DNA of 64,000 nucleotides, taken from Ranitomeya imitator (Eukaryota). Shown piece after piece: positions 12,780 through 25,189 of this stretch (position 1 is its first letter; the number at the start of each line of letters is the position of its first letter). The notes under the pieces were generated by a model, which saw nothing but the letters and a program-made list of their open reading frames with translations, did no database searches and was not told the origin of the DNA. The stretch spans positions 708,474,001 through 708,538,000 of the forward strand of contig NC_091286.1 in the NCBI RefSeq assembly GCF_032444005.1. Reading direction: 5' to 3'. The position numbers were made by a program, and so were the translations under genes.

Positions 12780-13620
12780 CTTAGATACATAAGTGTACGT
12801 CTATAAAAAAGTCAAAGATCATGCAAAGGACAACTCCACTACAGCCAAAGGCAACCACCCGGCCGATCGGGCTGCAAAATGTACAACTTACCAACCAAGA
12901 GACAACCCTGACTTGGTGGCAGCTGCACAACTGGTCTCTGCCACAGACCCTCCTGTGACCTATGACCTTCTTCAGAAGCTTTAACAACAGGAGAATGGAG
13001 CTTTGCAGTCACCAAAAGGATTGTGGCACGTGGAGGACAAAGTTTGCCTTCCCGGGGTTCTGCATTCCATGATGGCTTAAGCCACTCATAGCAATACCCA
13101 CCAATCGAAGGCTGCCATGACAGACCTCGTCCACCGCCATTGGTATACTCCTCGGTTCAGTGTCACTGCAGCCAAATACGTTCAAGCCTGTCTGACCTTC
13201 ACGCTCAATAATATGGGACGCACCACCAAGACGTTTATGAGACACGCACCGAGGCCTCTTTACCCATTCCAGTGTCTTCAGATCGACTACATTCAACTTC
13301 CCAAGACACAAACCTACGAGTATGTACTTGTGTGCGTCAACCTCCTCTCAGGATGGTCAGAAACGTACCCGATGTGTAAAGCCATCACCAAGGCTACAGT
13401 GGAGAAACTAATCTCAAAAGTCATCTGCAGATACAGGATGCCTGAGACCATAGAAAGTGACCGAAGCACACATTTTACTGGAGAAGCAACGCAGGAAATA
13501 ATGTCTGCCCTGGGAGTGGAACAGGCCTTCCATACGTTTGTGGAAGGAAGCCAACCCCTGCAGCCTGCAGACAGGGTGGTGGCCAAAAGACATGTCAGGA
13601 GAGCCCTTGTTTCTCGATTT
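12780..13620 (+). mobile_element. Endogenous retrovirus (class I/epsilon-like) pol fragment: RNase H end plus integrase, decayed
   Basis: KVKDH...KGNHPADRAAK, HHCC region, FQCLQIDYIQLP, SGWSETYP, IESDRSTHFTG; the segment carrying the catalytic E is deleted after EQAFHT. Confidence 0.8.
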
Positions 13621-14037
13621 GACGTCACCGCTGTGCTTTACGGCCGGCGCTCACAGTCAGTGCGGGAAGCTGACGTCGGGGGACGTGACAGACCCCGGGA
13701 TGTGAGTATGTACTGTTTTTTTTTTTTTTTTTACATTTACAATGGTAACCAGGGTAAATATCAGGTTACTAAGCGCGGCCCTGCGCTTAGTTACCCGATG
13801 TTTACCCTGGTTACCAGTGAACACATTGCTTGATCGGCGTCACACACGCCGATCCAGCGATGACAGCGGGTGATCAGCGACCAAAAAAAGGTCCTGATCA
13901 TTCCCAGCGACCAACGATCTCCCAGCAGGGGCCTGATCGTTGGTCGCTGTCACACATAACGATTTTGTTAACGATATCGTTGCTACATCACAAAAAGCAA
14001 CGATATCGTTAAAGAAATTGTTATGTGTGACGGTACC
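13617..14037. mobile_element. One-ended Harbinger-like MITE fragment
   Basis: Ends ...ttatgtgtgacggtacc; internal palindromes (aacgatatcgtt, ggtaaccagggtaaa/tttaccctggttacc). Confidence 0.55.
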
Positions 14038-14155
14038 ATTAGACCTGTCAGTTCTGCTCTGGCACAGCCTGTTACACCCTGCTTATTGTTGGATCTAATA
14101 GGTCACCATACCCTTAAGAAAAAAAAAATGTTCCACATTATTGAGCAGACAGAGG

Positions 14156-15739
14156 TGTGAAGAAACCAGATTATATCTTAATTACCCAGATGACTATGCT
14201 TAGCAAACCAAGAAGAATGGACTTTTTAGCTGTATGTTGGCTTTTGGATTTAAGTGTCGATTTCTGGTTGGTCAAGAAAACAGACTTTTGCTTGTGTAAG
14301 CCTGGAATAGTGACTTGTAAGGCCTCTTTCACACTTCAGTTGTTTGGCGTCAGTCACTACCAACATAGTGACGGATTGACGGTTCCGTCACAATTGTTGA
14401 GAAAACGGTTCTAACGGATCCGTTTTTTTGACGGATCCGTTACTTGGGGGTTGTCTGGGAAAAGTATCTACTTTTTGGAGCATGCGCAATTGAAAAAACG
14501 GATTGGGGCGACGGATCCGCCGAAAAAACGTTTGCGGGGGATCCGTCGCCCATAGGCGGCCATTCTATGGAATGGCGGACGCGACGGATCCGTCGCGATC
14601 CGCCATTTCGGCGTTGACAAAAAACGTTTCAATGTCCGTCTATTTTCAGAAAATGTCCGCCAAATTTCGACGGATCCGTCTCATGGCGGATGGAACGGAC
14701 GACCATCCGTCACAATCTGTCGCTAATGCAAGTCTATGGGAAAATAACGGATCCGTCAAAAAAAATTGACGGATCCGTTATTTGAGGAAAATGGCGGTTT
14801 TAGACTGACGCCAAACAACTGAAGTGTGAAAGAGGCCTAAGCTGATAGTTCATATAACCTAGTGTGTTCTTATCTTTGATGACTAGGGGGATGTTTGCTG
14901 ATATGCTAATTATGCATTGTATTATGGAGCCAGTTTGTTGACTCTGAAAGTAGCAAGGGAAAAACTATGCAAACAGAGCAAATAATCAAGTAATGCTACT
15001 TGATCTCGTCACCATTGTTTCCCCGTATCTTGATGCTGGACACTTGTTAAATCTAAAAATAGGTTACATGCCTCGGGTATAAGGAGACTCAGAGACAGAG
15101 AGAGCGACACAGCCGGACATTCTGTAAAACACCCAACGGACGAGACGACAGGACTGCAGCCAGTCCATCATGGCACCATCACGAGGGACACGGATCTATC
15201 ATTCTATAGGAAACAACCTGGGGGTTTTCGGCTCCAGTTGTAAGGATACAGATCTGTTCCAATGACCATCGCTGAACCATGGATATATTTGGAGAAAGCC
15301 AGGATTGGGATCCGCTGGCCGCCTGGCTCCATGGAGATGTTCGGATAAGCCAGGTGGTGACTCTCGTGTCAACTGGCTTTGGACCTCGTATGGACTGTCA
15401 TCTCCCTACGCTTGTCGTCACCTCCTTTGTGTGTATCAGAGGTGGGGTAGCGACCCTGGAAGCTGTGAAGTAACAGCTGCCATTATCCCGGCGAGTCAGC
15501 GGAAGGGTGAGACTCTAATGTGCACCATCTTGGGGAATTTTGCTGGGACTGTTCTATGTGTTATCTGTCTGTTTTGTGGTTCAATAAAGCATTGCCACAC
15601 TGTTTTACCCTCACCCTGTGTTGTCTGAGTAGCGTTACGCCCACGTTAACGGGAGAGTGGGAGTTAGACAGGACGATCCCTGGTCCATGCGGTTCTGGCT
15701 AGCGGACTTGGATGCCCGCCGAACCCCCGTTTCCCCACA
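14156..15739 (+). mobile_element. Solo LTR of a Gypsy (Gmr1-like family B) element, interrupted by a MITE
   Basis: TGTG...CACA termini, AATAAA at ~15583, flanks AGAGG/ATAGG (degenerate 5-bp TSD). Homologous to 17022-17835 (-) and to the LTR end preceding a PBS at 63483-63566. Confidence 0.7.
14321..14837. mobile_element. PIF/Harbinger MITE
   Basis: Perfect ~35-bp TIRs (ggcctctttcacacttcagttgtttggcgtcagtc) and TAA TSD at 14318-14320 and 14838-14840. Confidence 0.93.
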
Positions 15740-15769
15740 ATAGGTTTCCAGCAATGGGGGGGGGGGGGG

Positions 15770-16400
15770 GGGGGAAATCTCCTGCCGAAGAGAGTCACAT
15801 AGCGCAATGCCTCAGACAAGGTATGAAAACTCTATATATTTCACCAACACTTAAGTTCGATCATTGTACTGTGAAGAGATTTGTGGCCGATAGAGCACAG
15901 ACAGATTCGTGTAGATAAAGGCATAATGAGGAAGGTTTCTGCCAGACAAATTCATTGGATTAAGAGAGCAGCGGATTACAAAGCAATGCGCTGTCCATAG
16001 CAAAATCACCTTCATGCTGACAATGCCCCATCTCATGCGGCAAAGAAATCTCCCAGTCATTGGCTAAAATAGGCATAGAAGGAAAGAAACTCATGGCGCG
16101 TCCACCATCCTCCCCTAACCTGTGCCCTATTGAGAACCTTTGGAGAAACCTCAAGTAAAAGATCTATGAGGGTGGAAGGCTGATCACATCAAAACAGCGG
16201 CTCTGGGGGCGATTCGGACATCCGGGAAAGAAAGTCAAGCAGAAACTCAGCGAAAACTCAAGTTCAATGAAGCAAGAATTGCGGAGGTGACATCACAGAA
16301 GGGTGCAGTGTTACACGGACGTCATCCTCTTAAGATGTTTGTGATTGATAATATTGAAAAAGGTTTGATCTCAGTAACGTGACATCTTACTGCTGCAGAT
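15770..16400 (+). mobile_element. Internally deleted Tc1 transposase remnant
   Basis: HTH-like N-terminus (QCLRQGMKTL...HCTVKRFV) joined to DNAPSHAAK and SPNLCPIENLW. Confidence 0.7.
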
Positions 16401-16479
16401 TCCACAAATCACCGATCTCAGCTCTTTACAACCTATAAAATGTTCGGATCCTCTGTTGTGTCGAACAATTTGGTGCATT

Positions 16480-16700
16480 TTTAGATTTTTTTTTTCAGTT
16501 TTGAAAAAATCCTGTTCTCATTGCGAAATTTGTCCAATAGAATTAATTTATCCTCGAACGGTCGATGACTGAACATGATACGACTCATCTGCGACCAATG
16601 CAGAAGCTGTGAAATCTTTTCCTGGGAGACAGCTTGCTGATGCAGTTTAACTACCCCATGTCTTGTTGCTGAGCTCAGTCTGTCCATGGTGTGTGACCCG
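16480..16700 (-). mobile_element. Tc1 N-terminal remnant
   Basis: MDRLSSATRHGVVKLHQQAVSQEKIS resembles a Tc1 paired-like HTH. Confidence 0.55.
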
Positions 16701-17021
16701 TGACAAGAAACCGTCTTCTACAGCCTCACCTTTGTAGTGGAGTTTTGCTCTTCCTCACTTAGCTTTAATCCTCTAACCAGCTGTTACTGTTTAGGACTGT
16801 TTGTCCTCAATGTGAAAATGCCGATGATGATCCCCTGTCTAGTAGAACTGGTCACTCATAACCCAACTAAAAGAATACAGAATCCCTGATTGTGTAGATT
16901 CACAGAGAAGTGATGGATGTCACCAGATACTGATGATAAAGGCGACAGGCCACCAGTCACTGATGATGGTGACTGGCATGACGGAGGCGACGGGCGGTCA
17001 CCAGACACCGATGACGGAGGG

Positions 17022-17835
17022 TGTAGAGACACGGGGGTCAGTGGGTGTTCTTGCTGCTGGCCCGACTGTCTTTAGAAAGACTGCATGGACCAGGGCTCAA
17101 ACCACTGACCGCTCTCTCTTCCGGTGGGCAGAACACTACTCAGACAACACAGGGTGAAGGTAAAATAGTATGGCAATAATTTACTGAACCACCAACACAC
17201 AATAGCATACAGAACAGTCCCAGTAAATACCCAAGATGGTGCAAATTATGGAGTCTCACCCTTCCGCTGACTCGCCGGGATTAAAGCTTCTAACAGGGCT
17301 GAATACCCTCACCAGTGGCTCCCCTCCAGTGGCTTCCCACTTTTGGCGGGCTCCCACAGAGAGGCGGTAACAACAATCTTGGGAAGCTAACCGAGAGCAG
17401 TCAGGTATGTGGCCAGGTGAACCGATTGTCCCAACCTGGATTCTTTAAGATGTCTCTGGGGTTTCAGTGATGGTCAATGAAGCAGTCCTGTGTTCTTCCA
17501 GCTGGGGTCGTGGTCTTCTAAGCTGACATCCTGTAAAATCACTTGGACCAGAAGAATAATTCTGGCCTTCAACCAGCATCCAAAGGTCAGAGAGATGTGA
17601 ATGAGGCCAACCTGCATTGTTCGATTATATAATATATTTGAATAGGTTTTCCTCCTCTCTTTTGAATGCCAACAACCTGTCTGGCCTGGACAATGTATAA
17701 TGATCATATCAGCAAACATCACTAGTCATCCAGTATAAGAGCATATTATATCAAATGTCAACTTACAAAACAAGACTGCAGGCTTACACAAGCAGAAGTC
17801 TGTTTTCTTGACCAAACAGAAAGAAATACATTCAA
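17022..17835 (-). mobile_element. Partial LTR of family B
   Basis: Reverse-complement homology to 14156-15739 (e.g. ttttaccttcaccctgtgttgtctgagtag) and to 63483-63566. Confidence 0.75.
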
Positions 17836-18065
17836 AAGTCATCAGATACTGATAACGGAAGTGACAGGCAGTCATCAGATACTGATAACGGAAGTGACAG
17901 GCAGTCATCAGATACTGATAACGGAAGCGACAGACGGTCATCAGATACTGATAACGGAAGTGACAGGCTGTCATCAGATACAGACAACGGAAGTGACAGG
18001 CAGTCATCAGAAACTGATGACGGAGGGGACGGGCATGATGGAGGAGACGGGCGGTCATCAGAAAC
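17836..18065. repeat. 33-bp minisatellite (gtcatcagatactgataacggaagtgacaggca)n; related units at 16915-17021
   Basis: Directly visible; flanks the LTR fragment on both sides. Confidence 0.9.
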
Positions 18066-18469
18066 TGATGGGTTTTACATTTCTTTTTTCTTCAGTCACT
18101 TTGTATTTTGTTCGTTGATAAAAAAAAACTATTAACTTTTCGTTGTCTGAAGCTTCGGACTCTGGAGAATTTATTCCACACGACTAACAGTTTTTCACAG
18201 CACTGTAAAAATACATTAAAAACTAAAGTTAAAAAAAAAAGTTCTACATAAAATCACATGACGGGAAAGGAAAGATTCAAGTGTAAAATCTGTTAAGATA
18301 CCAAATATGTGATTTGTAAACAATGATCGTAAACAAAATCCAAAGCTCAACTGAAAACCAAAGTAAAATAAGAAATCACAGACGATCCCATGTGTGAATT
18401 CTGTCATGACAGCTCATGCTGTGTCTGTATGTATCCCGACATCCCATAATGCAATCAGTGTATGAGCGC

Positions 18470-20150
18470 ACCCCTTGCCTGGCCACATCACACGCCTGGC
18501 CACTCATCCTCCCCCCGCCGGCCGCCTCCCTTGCCTGGCCACTCATCCTCCCCCCGCCGGCCACCTCCCTTGCCTGGCCACTCATCCTCCCCCCCGCCGG
18601 CCACCTCCCTTGCCTGGCCACTCATCCTCCCCACGCCGGCCGCCTCCCTTGCCTGGCCACTCATCCTCCCCCCGCCGGCCGCCTCCCTTGCCTGGCCATT
18701 CATCCTCCCCCCGCCGGCCGCCTCCCTTGCCTGGCCACTCATCCTCCCCCTGCCGGCCGCCTCCCTTGCCTGGCCACTCATCCTCCCCCTGCCCGGATGC
18801 CTCCCTTGCCTGGCCACTCATTCTCCCCCTGCCAGGCCACCTCCCTTGCCTGGCCACTCATCCTCCCCCTGCCCGGCCGCCTCCCTTGCCTGGCCACTCA
18901 TCCTCCCCCTGCCCAGCCACTCAATCTCCCTCTGACGGCCGCCTCCCTTGCCTGGCCACTCATCCTCCCCCTGCCCGCCGCCTCCCTTGCCTGGCCACTC
19001 ATCCTCCCCCTGCCGGCAGCCTCCCTTGCCTGGCCACTCATCCTCCCCCTGCCCAGCCACCTCCCTTGCCTGGCCACTCATCCTCCCCCTGCCGGCCGCC
19101 TCCCTTGCCTGGCCACTCATCCTCCCCCTGCCCGGCCGCCTCCCTTGCCTGGCCACTCATCCTCCCCCTGCCCAGCCACCTCCCTTGCCTGGCCACTCAT
19201 CCTCCCCCTGCCCAGCCACCTCCCTTGCCTGGCCACTCAATCTCCCTCTGACGGCCGCCTCCCTTGCCTGGCCACTCATCCTCCCCCTGCCGGCCGCCTC
19301 CCTTGCCTGGTCACTCATCCTCCCCCTGCCGGCCGCCTCCCTTGCCTGGCCACTCATCCTCCCCCTGCCCAGCCACCTCCCTTGCCTGGCCACTCATCCT
19401 CCCCCTGCCCAGCCACCTCCCTTGCCTGGCCACTCATCCTCCCCCTGCCCAGCCACCTCCCTTGCCTGGCCACTCAATCTCCCCCTGCCCAGCCACCTCC
19501 CTTGCCTGGCCACTCAATCTCCCTCTGACGGCCGCCTCCCTTGCCTGGCCACTCATCCTCCCCCTGCCGGCCGCCTCCCTTGCCTGGCCACTCATCCTCC
19601 CCCTGCCGGCCGCCTCCCTTGCCTGGCCACTCATCCTCCCCCTGCCCAGCCACCTCCCTTGCCTGGCCACTCATCCTCCCCCTGCCCAGCCACCTCCCTT
19701 GCCTGGCCACTCAATCTCCCTCTGACGGCCGCCTCCCTTGCCTGGCCACTCATCCTCCCCCTGCCGGCCGCCTCCCTTGCCTGGCCACTCATCCTCCCCC
19801 TGCCGGCCGCCTCCCTTGCCTGGCCACTCATCCTCCCCCTGCCCAGCCACCTCCCTTGCCTGGCCACTCATCCTCCCCCTGCCCAGCCACCTCCCTTGCC
19901 TGGCCACTCAATCTCCCTCTGACGGCCGCCTCCCTTGCCTGGCCACTCATCCTCCCCCTGCCCGCCGCTTCCCTTACCTGGCTACTCATCCTCCCCCTGC
20001 CGGCTGCCTCCCTTGCCTGGCCACTCATCCTCCCCCTGCCGGCCGCACCCCTGCCTGGCCACTCATCCTCCCCCTGCCGGCCGCACCCCTGCCTGGCCAA
20101 TCATCCTCCCCCTGCCGGCCGCACCCCTGCCTGGCCAATCATCCTCCCCC
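18470..20150. repeat. 39/40-bp GC-rich minisatellite (cctcccttgcctggccactcatcctccccctgccggccg)n
   Basis: More than 40 visible units, starting about 20 bp into the intron after coding exon 4. Confidence 0.97.
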
Positions 20151-20170
20151 TCACTACACTTATATCCCAC

Positions 20171-20438
20171 CTCTCCTGGAACAGAGCCGCTCTTCCTGTT
20201 GAAGCAGAGGTCGTTGTCAGACTCCTCCTCGCTCAGGCCCACATCCTCCACTTCTTCTTCCTGCTCCAGGATGTCATCTGACACTACAAAATCCATGTCA
20301 TCGTCAGAGTCATCTCGCTTTCTCTTCCTGCGTTGTTTCTTCCCAGTGTCCTCCGGCAGCTTCTTCTCTAATTTTGGGGGAGAGGTCAGTCCACATTCCT
20401 CCCATTCATCAACTATATCTTGAAAATGCTTCATGGCC
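20171..20438 (-). CDS. gtf3c2: gtf3c2 coding exon 4 (AMKHFQDIVDEWEECG...acidic region...SVPGE)
   Basis: Acceptor ttctcctgtag|; the phase 2 join gives T-A-M-K-H-F-Q (human ALLYLQELAEE); acidic tract. Donor GAG|GTGGGA is inferred from the phase 0 match to the next exon. Confidence 0.85.
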
Positions 20439-20682
20439 CTACAGGAGAAGAAAGCAACAGTCAGAGGAGAAAGGGCAGATAACACAGAAAGTCCTCCAAG
20501 CATGGACTGCTGCAATTCTGATAGTGTCAGCTCAGAGGTCCGAAGATGTCACCTGTGGGGGCAACTCCTGGACCACTGCAATGAAGGGCTCGACAGGATG
20601 GCCCATTGTCTGTGACTTCTGGGCTCAGTATAATTTATAGAACCCACTAATAAGCTGATACTGGCAGTCGGTGGGGACTCAC

Positions 20683-20917
20683 GTTTTGGCTGCGCGTCTC
20701 CTCGGCCGACCACTTGGTGTTAGTTCCACTTCCACGTTCTCCGAGTCGCTCTGCCTGTTCTCCACAAAGGTTTGCGCCTCCAGCTCCTGAGCCGCCTTTA
20801 TCAACAGTAACTCGGCTTTGGACTTGCGGCCTCGCTTCTTTGGGACCTTCACGGGTGTTTGCTGGAGGAGAGAGTCTTCATCAGCTAAAGATTTAGCCAC
20901 AAAGTCAGAAGAAGGCT
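20683..20917 (-). CDS. gtf3c2: gtf3c2 coding exon 3 (EPSSDF...PKKRGRKSKAELLL...TPSGRPRRRAAKT)
   Basis: Matches human GTF3C2 as recalled (MPKKRGRKSKAELLLLK...ETPSGERPRRRAAQV). Branch point ctaat, acceptor tatttcag|, donor AC|GTGAGT. Confidence 0.93.
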
Positions 20918-20944
20918 CTGAAATATAAAATACAGTACATCATC

Positions 20945-23900
20945 ATTAGTAGAAAAAGGAAAGCGGGGAAAGGAAGAGGAAAGAAGGAGGGAAAAATAAG
21001 GGAGAAAAGGAAGTGGAAGGAGAAAGGGAGAGGAGAAAAGGGAAAGGGAGAGGAAGGAGGGAGAGGAAGATGAAGGAGGGAGAGGAAGATGAAGATGAAG
21101 GAGGGAGTGGAAGGGAGGGCATGGAGAGGAGGAAGAGGAAGGAATGGGAAAAGGAAAGGAGGAATAGGAAAAATGGATGGGCAAAACAGGTGGGAGAGGA
21201 GGAAGAGGAAGGATGGAGGGGAAAGGCAAAAAAGAAAAAAGAGCAAGAGGAAGGACAGAAATGAAAAAGGGAAGTGATGGAAGAAGAAGGGAAGGGAAAA
21301 GGAAGAAAAAGCAGCCAAAAAAGGGAGGCTAGGGAGCGGAGGAAGAGGAAAGACAGAAGGAAAAGGGAGAGGAGGGGAAAAAAGAGAGGAGGGAAGGAAA
21401 ATAGATAGTAGGGAAGGAAAAGAGAGAGGAGGGAAGGGAAAGGAAGTAAATTAAGAAAAGAGGAAGAGAATAAGTGTAAGAATGAAATGAAAAGGGAGAG
21501 AGGGATGGAAAAATAGGAGGAAGAGAAAGGAGGCAAAGAAAAGGAAAGGGAGGAAGCGTACTAAGAGGGAGGAGGAGGAGGAAGTAGAAAAGGAGAGGGA
21601 GAGGAGGAAGAGGAAGGATGGAGGATAACGGCAGAGAAGGGAGAGAATGAATGAGGGAAGGGGGAGGACAAAGGAGGGATAGGAAAGGAAGAGGAGAGAA
21701 AGGAAAAGGAAAAGAAATGCAGAGGAGGAAGCGGTAGGAGAATGGAAAGGAGGGGAGGAAGACAAAGGAGGGAGGGGAAAGGGAGAGGTGAGAGAGAAAG
21801 GAGGGAAGGAAAAGGAAGAGGAGTTAGAGTAAGGAGGGGGAAGGGAAAAGAAGGAAGAGGAAGGATGCTGGGGAAGGAGAAGATGAATGAGGGAGGGGAA
21901 AATGAGAAGAGGAAGACGAGGAAGGTGAAAGAAGGAAGGAAGGAAAAAGGGAGAGGACGAAAAAGGAAAAATGAGATGAGGAAGGAGGAGAGGAAATTGA
22001 GAAGGAGGGAAGGAAAGGAGGAAGAGGAAGTATGGAGGGGAAAAAGGAGGGATAGGAGAGGAAGTTTGGAGGGTAAGGTGGGAGGAGAAAGTGAGAGGCA
22101 GAAGAGTAAGCAGAGGAGAAAGGGACAGGCGGAAGAGTAAGGATGTACGGGAAAAGGAGAGGAAGAAGATGAAGGAGAAAGGGACAGGAAAATTAGGAAG
22201 GAAGGAAAGGGGAGAGGAAGGATAAAGGGAAAAGTGAGAGGAAGAAGAGTAGGGACAGAGGGGAAAGGGAGGGAAATGAGAGTAGGAAGAGGAAGGACAG
22301 AGGGAAAAGGAAATAGGAGGCAGGGAGAGGAGGAAGGAGACTAAATGGAGAGAAGGAAGGAGGTAGGGGAAAGGGAGAAAAGGAAGAGAAAGAAGGGGAA
22401 AAAAAGAAGGAGGAAGGTAAAAGAGGAAGGAGGGAGGGAGAAGAAAGAAGAAGGAGGATGGAAGGGAAGAGAGGGAGAGGAGGATAGCAGGAGAGGCAGG
22501 AGGAGGGAGAGGCAGGAGGAGGGAGGGGAAAGGTAAAGAAAAAAGGAAGGCGGCAGGGAGGAAAAAGGGGAATGAGGAAAGGGAAAGGGAGAGAAAGAAG
22601 GAGGTAAGGGAAAAGGAGAGAAGAGGAAGGAAAAAAGCAGATAAGCAAGAGGAAGGGAAAAGGGAGAGGAGGAAGAGGGAGGGAGGGGAAGAGAAAGGAA
22701 GAGGGGGAGGAGGAAGGGATAAGAGAAAAACATAGAAGAGAGAAAAGAGAAGGAAGTAGGGGAAAAAATAGGAGAAAGGGGAAAGAGGAGGAAGATGAAA
22801 GGGAGAGGGGGCAGGAGAAAGAGGGAGGAAAAGGGATAGTAAAGAGGGAGGTAAAGGGAGAAGAGGAAGGAGAGAGAAGAGAAGAAGAGGGAGAATACAC
22901 AGAGAAGGGAGAGGAAAGAACTAGAGTTGGAAGATGAATGGGGAGGAGATGGAAGAAGAAAAAGAAAAGGATGAAGAAAAAGCAGAAAAGAAAAAAAGAG
23001 GGAGAGACAGAAAAGGAAGGGGTGAAAGAGGAAGACAACTGAAATAGGAGGAAGGGGAGAAAACTGAAGCGGAGGAAGAGGGAGTCAGGGGAAGGGGAAA
23101 GAGGAGGAAGGGGAAATGAAGAGGAGAAAAAGGGAGCATCTAGAGAGGAGGAATTGGAAAGAAATAGAAAGGGAAGAGGAAAAGTGGAAGAAAAAGGGTG
23201 AAGAGGAAGCGGAAAAGTAAGTGGAAGGAGGAAGGGGGAGGGGAAAGGGGTAGGAGAAAGAAGAAGGCAGTGGGGGAAGAAAAGGGTGGGAAAAGAAAAA
23301 GGAAGAAGGGAAATGGGTGAAAGGAAGATGGTGGGGAAAAGGTAAAGGATGAAAAGGAAGGAAAGGGAAAAGGGAGAGGAGGTAGAGGAAGGGGAGAGTG
23401 GAATAGAAGAAAAAAAAGAGGAAGGAGTGAGGGGAAAGGGAAATAAGTAGGAGTAAGGAAGAAAGGGAGACAAGGAAAATAAGTTAGGGGAAGATGAAAA
23501 AGAGGAGGAAGAGGAAAGAGGGAGAATACAGAGGAATGATGGGGAGGAGGATGAGGAAAAATGGAGAGGAGGAAGGATGGAGAGGAGGAAGGATGGATAG
23601 GAGGAAGAAGAGGAAGGATGGCGAGGAGGAAGGATGGCGAAGAGGAAGGATGGAGAGGAGGAAGAGGAAGGATGGAGAGGAGGAAGAGGAAGGATGGCGA
23701 GGAGGAAGAGGAAGGATGGAGGAGGATGAGGAAGGATGGAGAGGAGGAAGAGGTAGGATGGAAGGAAAAGGGGAAGAGGAAGCAGAAAAGTAAGAGGATG
23801 GAGGAAGGGAAAGGAAGAGGAAGAAGAGGAGAAAGAGGAAGGAGGTGAGGAAGAAAAGAAGAAGGAGGTAGAGGAAAGGGAGAGGAGTAAATAGGTAGGG

Positions 23901-24400
23901 ATAAAGGAGAGGATGAAGAGGAAGGAGGGATGAAAAGGGAGAGGAGTAAAAATAAGGGTGAAGAGAAAGACAGGAAAAAGTAGGAGAAAAGAAGGAAAGG
24001 GGAAAGCATAAAAAAGGGACAGAAGAGGAAGAAGGGAGGACTAAGGAGGGGAGAGAAGAAGAGGAAGGAGGGAAGGGTAGAGTAGAGGAAGGAGGGATGG
24101 GATGTGGAGGAAGAAACGGGAAAGGGAGGGATGTGAAAAAGGAGAAAAGGATGGATGGAGGGGACAGGGACATGAGAAAGCAATGATGGAGGGGAAGGAA
24201 GGGGAAGAGGAGGAAAAGGAAGGAAGGAGGGCTAAGAGAGAGGTAGGAGAAAGCGGAATGGAGAGGATGGTTGGACAGAGAAGGGAGTGGAAGAAGAGTA
24301 AGGTGGGAGGAAGAAGAGGGGATTAGAAAAGGAAGAAGGACCATTGACTTAAAATAAGAGGGTAATCGGGAAGCATGAACAAGCATAAACAGAAGGGAGA
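20945..24400. repeat. 3.5-kb polypurine (GGA/GAA-derived) tract filling the intron between coding exons 2 and 3
   Basis: Almost exclusively G/A on the plus strand. Confidence 0.95.
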
Positions 24401-24476
24401 AGGTCTGAAATGACAGATGGAGTAGAAATTAGACAGCCTGGGAGAAGTACTGCAGTGTGAGAGAACAGTCACATAC

Positions 24477-24884
24477 CAGTAGTAGCCTGCTGGACGTCCT
24501 GTGATGCCGGGATAGTGGACACAGACTTTTTCTGGATGCTGTCATTGTGCACAGTGATAGAGTTTACTGGAGACTGAATGACACCAAGACCTTTCCTGTC
24601 AGGAGGAGGTATGAGAGGGGCTGCAGACAACTGAGTCATCTTCATTTTAGTTTTAGACTTACAGCCTTTTCTCTTAGGCACCTTCACAGGTCTTTGACTG
24701 AGCAGGGGAGAATTCTGTAATACATTGACCGGACAAGGAGTTGAGGGCTCCTCTGCATCAGTCATAGCAGAGCGACTCTGTTCTAGAGTCCGTGAACACT
24801 TGGTGTTGGAATTCGGAGTTTGTGGGACACTAGCGGAGTCTTCAGCAACCAAACATCTATCGCTGCCATCCATAAGAGTAGGAC
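24477..24884 (-). CDS. gtf3c2: gtf3c2 coding exon 2 (GPTLMDGSD...PVKVPKRKGCKSK...SQDVQQATT), symmetric 408-nt phase 1-1 exon
   Basis: Acceptor tatgtgcag| and donor G|GTATGT; open frame; contains a second copy of the PVKVPKKRGRKSK motif. Confidence 0.75.
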
Positions 24885-25189
24885 CTGCACATACATGACA
24901 ACACACCAAATTACTGAAGAGAAGACGAGGGATGGGAACAAAGAAGAGCAAAAAAGTGTGAGAGAACGAGGGCTCAAGAGAGAGAGGAGAAGAAAAAAGA
25001 AAACGAGGGCTGGGGACAGAGAGGGGCAGAAAGAAAAAGAATGAGGGAAGGGTATAGATAAGCAAAAAAAGTGAGAAAAAGAGGGATGGGGACAAAGGTG
25101 CAGAAAAAAGAGAAAACGAAGGCTGGGGACAGAGGAGCAGAGAGACAGAACAATGGCTGTGGACAGAGGTGCATAAAGAGAGAGAATGA

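Noticed and set aside
14156-15739. LTR as the 3' LTR of the ERV pol fragment at 12780-13620
   Set aside because: It has its own near-matching 5-bp TSD, and the same LTR family precedes a PBS and Gmr1-like gag at 63.5 kb.
16730-16834. Possible extra gtf3c2 exon (acag|...AAAG|GTGAGG, 105 nt)
   Set aside because: Stops in all three frames, poor polypyrimidine tract and no GTF3C2 homology; a poison exon cannot be excluded without RNA data.
18416-20281. Pro-rich ORFs in all frames
   Set aside because: 39/40-bp minisatellite artefact.
20885-24386. Phe/Leu/Ser/Pro-rich and Glu/Arg/Gly-rich ORFs (also at 10096-11473)
   Set aside because: Polypurine low-complexity translations.
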